From contig CAWFKH010000006.1 in assembly GCA_963816355.1 (NCBI GenBank), positions 1 through 64,000 on the forward strand: a stretch of 64,000 nt of DNA, written 5' to 3'. The notes under the pieces are model-generated. The model worked only from the letters and a program-made list of their open reading frames with translations. It was not told the DNA's origin and did no database searches. Within the stretch, counting starts at the first letter, position 1; every line of letters begins with the position of its first letter. A program made the position numbers and the translations under genes. The DNA comes from an uncultured Gemmatimonadales bacterium (lineage in GTDB: Bacteria > Gemmatimonadota > Gemmatimonadetes > Longimicrobiales > RSA9). Of the stretch, positions 58,179 through 64,000 are shown one piece after another.

Positions 58179-61100
58179 CTACGCGCCCCTTTGCGTCTCC
58201 GGATCGGAGCGGACGATCTCGATCCTCTGTGCGTCCGGCAGCTGCTGGAGCGGCAGCCGGAGCACGAAGGTGGAGCCCTCGCCCGGACCGGTTTCCAGCG
58301 TCACGTCCCCACCGAGCAGGCGAGCGAGCCGGCGGCACACGGCCAGGCCGAGTCCGGATCCTCCCTTGTGCCGCGTGGTCGAGTTGTCCCCCTGCACGAA
58401 CGGTTCGAAGACCCGTTCCCGCTGGTCCGCCGGGATGCCGGGGCCGGTGTCACTGACGCGGAGCGCGAAGGCATCCGCGGAGGCGACCAGCTTCACCGAC
58501 ACTTTGCCGTTCTCGGTGAACTTCACGGCGTTGGCGACCAGGTTCGTGAGGATCTGCCGGATCTTGCCGCCATCGGAGAAGATGTAGAGCGGCGTATCGG
58601 CTCCATCGAGCTCCAGCGCCACATTCTTGCTGTGCGCGGTGAACTCGACCATCGCCATGACATCGCGCACGATCTCCGCCACGTCCACCGTGCCGCGCTT
58701 CACCTCGGTGCGCCCCGCCTCGGCGCGGGAGTAGGTGAGGACTTCCTCGATGATCGACACCAGATGCCAGGCGCTGGACTTGATGCGGGCGAGATACTTC
58801 CGCTGGGCGTCCGTCATCGAGCCGACGACGTCGGTTTCGAGCAGGTCCGAGATGCCGATCACGGCGGTGAGCGGCGTGCGCAGCTCGTGGCTCATCGTCG
58901 CGAGGAACTGACTCTTGGCCTCCGCGGCCTGCTCGGCCGCGCGCTTCGCACTACGGAGCGTGTCCTCGGCCTTCTTTCGCTCCGTCACGTCACTCGCCAT
59001 GCCGACCCATTCCCGGAGCGAGCCGTCGGCGCGCAGGATCGGTACGGCGCGGACCGCCATCACGCGCCACTCGTCGGTGGCGGAGCGGCGGAGGCGGAAT
59101 TCGTGCTCGAGCAGCGTGCGCGTCTCGACGGCGCGGCGCCAGGCCACCTCCACTTCGGCGCGGTCATCGGGGTGCACGGCATCGAGCCATCCCCACGCCT
59201 GCGCCTCCTCCGCAGTCTGGCCGGTGAAGGTGTGCCAGGAGCGTGAGGTCTGCGCAACGGAGCCGTCCGGTGCCGTCGTCCAGACGATCTCGGCAGTGGC
59301 TTCGACGAGCGCGCGGAAGCGTTCCTCGCTCTGCGCAACGTGCTTCTGCGCCTGCCGGATGCGCGTCACGTCCGTGAAGGTGCAGACGACGCCGCGGATG
59401 CGCTCATCGGCGGTGCGGTAGGGGGTGATACGCGCGAGCCAGGCGCGGCCGTCGCCGCCGACCTCGCGCTCGACCGGCTGCAATGCCGAGAGCACCCGCT
59501 CGCAATCCGCGCTCAGCCGTGGGTAGTGGAGGGAGTGGGTGACGTGCGCGAGCGGGCGCCCCTCGTCCACCGGGAGCACGTTGAAGATCTGCGTCAACGC
59601 GGGCGTGAAGCGCTTGATGCGGAGCTCGCGGTCCAGGAACAGGGTGGCGATCTCCGTCGCCGCCATGAGGTTGCGGAGATCGTCGTTGGCATGGCCGAGC
59701 TCCTCGACCTTCGTCTTGAGCTCGTCGTTGACCGTCTTGAGCTCCTCGTTCACCGACTGGAGCTCCTCCTTGCTCGTCTCCAGCTCCTCGAGCGTGGACT
59801 TGTACTCCTCGTTGATCGACTGCAGCTCCTCGTTGGACGCCTTCAGCTCCTCCTGCCGCTGCTCCGATGCTTCGACGATCTCCTGGACTCGCATGCGTGC
59901 GGTCGCCAACTCCGCTTCCGCGTCTGCCAGGCGGCCGACCGAACCAGGCTCCAGCTCGTCCTGCGGCTCCGCGGCTTCGGCGCCATCCTCCAGGAAGGTG
60001 ACGAGCGCCAGCGCCGAGTCACCCGCCACGGGCGCCACCAACATCTGCACGTGCCGCGGCTCGCCGTCGATCTCGAGCGGGATGCGGCGCGTGCGCTCGG
60101 CGCTGCCGTGCTCGAGCGCCTGGAAGAGCGCCGCGCGAAGTTCCATGCGGAGGTCCGGGCGCGCCGTCTTCAGCAGGTTCGCGGACGGGCTGCCCGCGGT
60201 GAACTGCAGGTAGCGGTTGGCCGTCTCCGAGACGTGGACGATGATGTGGTCCCGGTCGACCAGTATGGTGGGGGGGCCGTAGCTCTCGAGGGTACGCCGG
60301 TGGAGCTCCGCATCGGCCGCGCTCTGCTGGACGCTCGCACCGCGGGGCCAGAAGCGGCCGCTCCAGCCGGAGGCGCCGTCCAGCGGCAGCTCCGGCAGGC
60401 GATGCTCCGCCTCCCTCGACTTATGGCCCAGGCGGTAGATGCGATGCTCCCGGTCCAGTGCGACGAACGCGCCGCCCTCCGGCATCGATTCCGATTCGCC
60501 CAGAAAGAGGAAGCCGTCTGGCCGCAGCGCATAGCGGAACAGGTCGAGCACGCGACCTTGCAGTCCCCTCTCCAGATAGATCAGGAGATTGCGGCAGGCG
60601 ACCATGTCGAGGCGCGAGAACGGCGGGTCGCGAAGCAGGTCGTGCACGGAGAACAGGATGTGCTCGCGGAGCGACCTCTTGACCCGCAGGTAGGTGCCTT
60701 CCCGGTCGAAGAAGCGGCGCGTCCGCTCCTCTCCCACGTCCGCGGCGACGGCGCCCGCGTAGAGGCCCTCGCGGGCGAAGGCGATCGCCTCTTCGTCCAG
60801 GTCCGTAGCGAAGACCTGGATCCGAGGCCCGCTCCGCAGCGCCTCGGCGTGTTCGAGCAGGAGCATGGCGACGCTGTATGCCTCCTCGCCGGTGGCGCAC
60901 CCCGCGATCCACACCCGGATCTCTCCGCTCGCCGCCTCCCGGAACAGCGTCGGGACAACGTCCCGATCCAGCGCATCGAACGCTTCCGGGTCGCGGAAGA
61001 AGCTGGTTACGCTGATGAGCAGGTCCTTCAGGAGGGAGCGCGCCTCGGCCGGAGTACGCTCGAGCTGCTCCAGGTACTCCTGCAGGCTGCGGTTGCCGGT

Positions 61101-61862
61101 CACCTGCGAGCGGCGGGCGATGCGACGCAGCACCGTACTCTTCTTGTAGCCGCCGAAGTCGCGGCCGGTGCGATTCCGGAGTTGCGTCAGGATGCGCCTC
61201 AGCGTCTCCGCCTCGTCATCCGCCAGCGCGGCGCCATCCGCCGGCAGCTGCCACGGAACGCCGTTCGACCTGAGCTGCACCACCCGCTCGCCCAGTTCCC
61301 GCGCCGGAAGCACGAAGTCCACCATTCCGGTGCTGATGGCGCTGCGCGGCATGGAATCGTACTCCGCCTCTTCCGGCGACTGGGCCATCACGATTCCGCC
61401 CAGCTCCTTGATCGCCTTCAGACCCACCACGCCGTCGGTTCCCGAGCCGGAGAGAAGGACGCCCACGCCGTCCGGATGGATCTCGGCGACCGTGCGGAAG
61501 AACGCGTCGATCGGCGAGCGCCGGCCCCTGGGCTCCGAGAACTCCGACAGCTCGAGGTGCCCGTCCGTGACCGCCATGTTGCGGTCGGGCGGGATCACGT
61601 ACACGTGGTCCGGCTCGAGCGGCGTCCGCTCACGCACCTGGCGGACGGGAAGCCGCAGGTGCGGCTGCAGCACTTCGGCGAGCTGGCTCTCGTGCTCCGG
61701 CGACAGGTGCATCACTACGACGAAGGCGATCCCCGTCTTCTCGGGGATCGCCTCGAAGAAGCGGCGCAGCGCGGCGATCCCGCCCGCCGAAGCGCCGATG
61801 GCGACGAGGTTCGGGCGAGCGGAATCGTCCTGTTCGGAAACCGTGGGCGCGGACTCGGTCAT
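58179..61862 (-). CDS. CheB-CheR-PAS-histidine kinase fusion
   Basis: GASAGG/HLSP/GSGTDG (CheB triad); GCATGEEAYS and CRNLLIY (CheR); NEELQS coiled coil; PAS domains; SHELRTPL; GGSGLGL. Confidence 0.95.
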   Translation of the reverse strand: MTESAPTVSEQDDSARPNLVAIGASAGGIAALRRFFEAIPEKTGIAFVVVMHLSPEHESQLAEVLQPHLRLPVRQVRERTPLEPDHVYVIPPDRNMAVTDGHLELSEFSEPRGRRSPIDAFFRTVAEIHPDGVGVLLSGSGTDGVVGLKAIKELGGIVMAQSPEEAEYDSMPRSAISTGMVDFVLPARELGERVVQLRSNGVPWQLPADGAALADDEAETLRRILTQLRNRTGRDFGGYKKSTVLRRIARRSQVTGNRSLQEYLEQLERTPAEARSLLKDLLISVTSFFRDPEAFDALDRDVVPTLFREAASGEIRVWIAGCATGEEAYSVAMLLLEHAEALRSGPRIQVFATDLDEEAIAFAREGLYAGAVAADVGEERTRRFFDREGTYLRVKRSLREHILFSVHDLLRDPPFSRLDMVACRNLLIYLERGLQGRVLDLFRYALRPDGFLFLGESESMPEGGAFVALDREHRIYRLGHKSREAEHRLPELPLDGASGWSGRFWPRGASVQQSAADAELHRRTLESYGPPTILVDRDHIIVHVSETANRYLQFTAGSPSANLLKTARPDLRMELRAALFQALEHGSAERTRRIPLEIDGEPRHVQMLVAPVAGDSALALVTFLEDGAEAAEPQDELEPGSVGRLADAEAELATARMRVQEIVEASEQRQEELKASNEELQSINEEYKSTLEELETSKEELQSVNEELKTVNDELKTKVEELGHANDDLRNLMAATEIATLFLDRELRIKRFTPALTQIFNVLPVDEGRPLAHVTHSLHYPRLSADCERVLSALQPVEREVGGDGRAWLARITPYRTADERIRGVVCTFTDVTRIRQAQKHVAQSEERFRALVEATAEIVWTTAPDGSVAQTSRSWHTFTGQTAEEAQAWGWLDAVHPDDRAEVEVAWRRAVETRTLLEHEFRLRRSATDEWRVMAVRAVPILRADGSLREWVGMASDVTERKKAEDTLRSAKRAAEQAAEAKSQFLATMSHELRTPLTAVIGISDLLETDVVGSMTDAQRKYLARIKSSAWHLVSIIEEVLTYSRAEAGRTEVKRGTVDVAEIVRDVMAMVEFTAHSKNVALELDGADTPLYIFSDGGKIRQILTNLVANAVKFTENGKVSVKLVASADAFALRVSDTGPGIPADQRERVFEPFVQGDNSTTRHKGGSGLGLAVCRRLARLLGGDVTLETGPGEGSTFVLRLPLQQLPDAQRIEIVRSDPETQRGA

Positions 61863-62005
61863 CGGGGCGATGGGACAGGGGAAGAGGCACGACCAGTACG
61901 CGGTTGCAAGATAGTCGCTCCACTCGGGCTATGCATCCGATGCTTCCGTAGCCGCTGGATCGCTCCTCCTCCTCCCGGACGTCGGGCCCCCTAACCCCCC
62001 CCTAG

Positions 62006-62021
62006 TGCAAGAGGGATACCC
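62006..62021 (-). promoter_or_regulatory. Putative sigma54 promoter for the cheBR-kinase gene
   Basis: Minus strand GG-TATCCCTCTT-GCA. Confidence 0.45.
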
Positions 62022-62053
62022 GACGGCGGGAACGGCGCGGAAATCGGCCGGCC

Positions 62054-62824
62054 CTACTCCACCAGCGCGATCACGCGCACCGGGCTGCCGCTCCCGCCCA
62101 CGATACGGAGCGGGGCCGCGATCACGATGGCGCCAGTGGCCGGAAGCCGGTCGAGATTGCAGAGGCTGGCGAGCCCGAATTTGCCGCCGCCGTGCATGGT
62201 GGCGTGGTTGGGGAAGGGCGGATCGAAGGTGCCGGCCTGTCCGGCGTCGGTGCCGATCGTCTCCACGCCGACGCCCAGGATGTCGCGCGCGACGAGCAGC
62301 TCGGAGGCGTCCCTGCGGAAGCCGGGCGCGTGCGGTCCGTCCTCCGCCACGTTGAGGAACTCCACCGGGTCGGTGCGCCGGCTCCAGTCGGTGCGCAGCA
62401 GCACCCAGGAGCCGGCGGCGATGCGGCCGTGCTCCTCCTCCCAGCGCTCGATCCGCTCCGGCGTGAGCAGGAAGTCGGGGTCCTCCGCCACGTCCGCGCT
62501 CACGTCGATCACGCACGCCGGTCCGAGAAAGCGGCGCGCGGGGATCGTGTCGCAGCGGTTCTGCGGCAGGTCCTTCCCCGTCACCCAGTGCACCGGCGCG
62601 TCGAAGTGCGTGCCGGTGTGCTCGCCGAGGTGGAGCGTGTTCCAGTACCAGCCGGGACCGCGCTCGTCGTAGCGGCTGATCACCTCCATCGTCAGCGGCG
62701 GGGACGGCGCGAAGACCTCCGGCAGGCCGATGACCGGCGTGTCGGGGCCGAGCGGCTGCGTCAGGTCGACGACCTCGATCGAGCCGTCGGCGAGCGCCGC
62801 GGCGAGGGTGGCGAGCAGGGACAA
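62054..62824 (-). CDS. Cyclase-family metal hydrolase (kynurenine formamidase/isatin hydrolase-like)
   Basis: EHTGTHFDAPVHW; LLRTDW; GVETIGTDAG; GGSGSPVRV. Confidence 0.92.
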   Translation of the reverse strand: MSLLATLAAALADGSIEVVDLTQPLGPDTPVIGLPEVFAPSPPLTMEVISRYDERGPGWYWNTLHLGEHTGTHFDAPVHWVTGKDLPQNRCDTIPARRFLGPACVIDVSADVAEDPDFLLTPERIERWEEEHGRIAAGSWVLLRTDWSRRTDPVEFLNVAEDGPHAPGFRRDASELLVARDILGVGVETIGTDAGQAGTFDPPFPNHATMHGGGKFGLASLCNLDRLPATGAIVIAAPLRIVGGSGSPVRVIALVE

Positions 62825-62885
62825 GACGGTCTCTCCTTCTCGATGGGGGTTCGACGAAGTGCGTATCTCGCGCCCGCGGCGACCC

Positions 62886-63494
62886 TCACGTGGCGACGGA
62901 GCCGTCGGCGTTTCCGGCGCGGCGTCGCTTCATCGCTTCGACCGCGCGCCTGAAGCGGAACGCGTTCTCGGGCAGGTGCAGGTCCATGCCGTAGTGGTCC
63001 GGCCCCGTGGCGCGGACCTTCGCGACGACGACGCCGAGGTCCTCGCGCTCGAGCGCTGCGACGAACGCCTCGCCGAACTCCATCGCGGTGCCCGCCTCGG
63101 CCACGTGAGGCACACCGGCGCCGCGGGCGATCGCGGCGAGGTCGGCGAGGCCCGACGTCGTATGCGTGTCGAAGCCGCCGGTGGAGAGGAGGCTGCCGTT
63201 GTCGAAGATCACGAGGACCAGGTTGCGCGGCCGGTAGCGCGCGATGGTGGCGAGCGAGCCGAGGTTCATGAGCACGGAGCCGTCGCCGTCGAGGACGATC
63301 ACGCGCTCGCCGGGCAGGTGCAGCGCGAGGCCGAGGCCGATCGAGGAGGCGAGCCCCATCGCGTGCTGGAGGTAGAAGAAGTTGTCGCGGTGGCCGAGGT
63401 CGTAGAGCTCCTGGGCGCAGGCGCCCATGATCGTGACGACGAGCCGGTCCTCCAGCTCGGGGTAGATCATCTCGAGGCACGCCGCCCGCTCCAT
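62886..63494 (-). CDS. ThDP-dependent decarboxylase beta subunit (sulfopyruvate/phosphonopyruvate decarboxylase ComE-like)
   Basis: NFFYLQHAMGLASSIGLGLA; ThDP motif DGDGSVLMN...DN; STGG. Confidence 0.88.
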   Translation of the reverse strand: MERAACLEMIYPELEDRLVVTIMGACAQELYDLGHRDNFFYLQHAMGLASSIGLGLALHLPGERVIVLDGDGSVLMNLGSLATIARYRPRNLVLVIFDNGSLLSTGGFDTHTTSGLADLAAIARGAGVPHVAEAGTAMEFGEAFVAALEREDLGVVVAKVRATGPDHYGMDLHLPENAFRFRRAVEAMKRRRAGNADGSVAT

Positions 63495-63524
63495 CAGCGC
63501 TCCTCTCCCGTGCCGGGCCCCATC

Positions 63525-64000
63525 TCAGTCCTCCATAAGGTCGCGCGTCAGCAGGAGCGCGACCGGGTAGAGGGAGCTCTGCGAGAAGGTGTACGCCTCG
63601 CGGATCTGGCGGCCGACCTTCGCCGGGTCGCGCGCGTATTCGAACGGGATCGACAGCGCGCGCAGCACCGCTTCCGTCACCGTGCCGCCGCGCGTGTGCC
63701 ACGGGTACGGCTCGCCCCAGTGGCCGCGCAGTGCGATCAGCATGCAGAGCGGGATGTGGTAGAGCTGGGCGAGCGAGACGATGCCGTTGATGGCGGCGAG
63801 GAAGCCGTGGTTCTGCATCAGCAGCAGGTGCGGCTCGCCCGCGAAGTAGGCGCCCGCCGCGATGCCGATCGCCTCTTCCTCCTTCGCGACCTGGACCAGC
63901 GAGACCTCCGGGTCGTCCTCCGCGCGCTGCAGCAGCAGGCCCAGCCACGTCTCCGGCAGCGCCGAGATCGAGCGGATCCCGGCGGCCTTGATCCCTTCGA
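63525..64000 (-). CDS. ThDP-dependent decarboxylase alpha subunit (ComD-like), 5' end outside the window
   Basis: ALPETWL...KEEEAIGIAAGAYFAG...MQNHG; RGHWGE. Confidence 0.85.
   Translation of the reverse strand, partial: EGIKAAGIRSISALPETWLGLLLQRAEDDPEVSLVQVAKEEEAIGIAAGAYFAGEPHLLLMQNHGFLAAINGIVSLAQLYHIPLCMLIALRGHWGEPYPWHTRGGTVTEAVLRALSIPFEYARDPAKVGRQIREAYTFSQSSLYPVALLLTRDLMED

Overview
Very GC-rich bacterial chromosomal window. A Gemmatimonadota-like origin is inferred only from gene style (many lipoproteins, a CarboxypepD-type TonB-dependent receptor, a TolB-N/TPR protein) and is not proven. There are about 53 CDS and no rRNA, tRNA, CRISPR array or recognisable transposase/integrase. Recognisable modules: a class II Fic protein with twin operators; an M1 peptidase; two toxin-antitoxin pairs (RHH/nucleotidyltransferase and Xre/RES); an NSS transporter with a small subunit; a Cyc2-type cytochrome-porin with a monoheme cytochrome c; cyclic beta-1,2-glucan synthase; transaldolase; a heme-type ABC transporter beside a two-component system and a TonB-dependent receptor; a P-type ATPase; an arsR-arsM-MPE-acr3 operon; a CheB/CheR-kinase fusion; and a ComD/E-like decarboxylase with a cyclase. 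The best candidate for an undescribed system is an AbiEi-DUF559 nuclease gene bracketed by two diverged, equal-length 176-bp elements, each made of two inverted 80-bp hairpin-bearing arms and surrounded by tandem repeats (REPIN/MITE-like architecture without a RAYT). Also seen: several gene relics, a second MITE-like family, and sigma54-type and leaderless promoter signatures. All alignments and counts were done by hand; family names come from motif recognition, not database searches.
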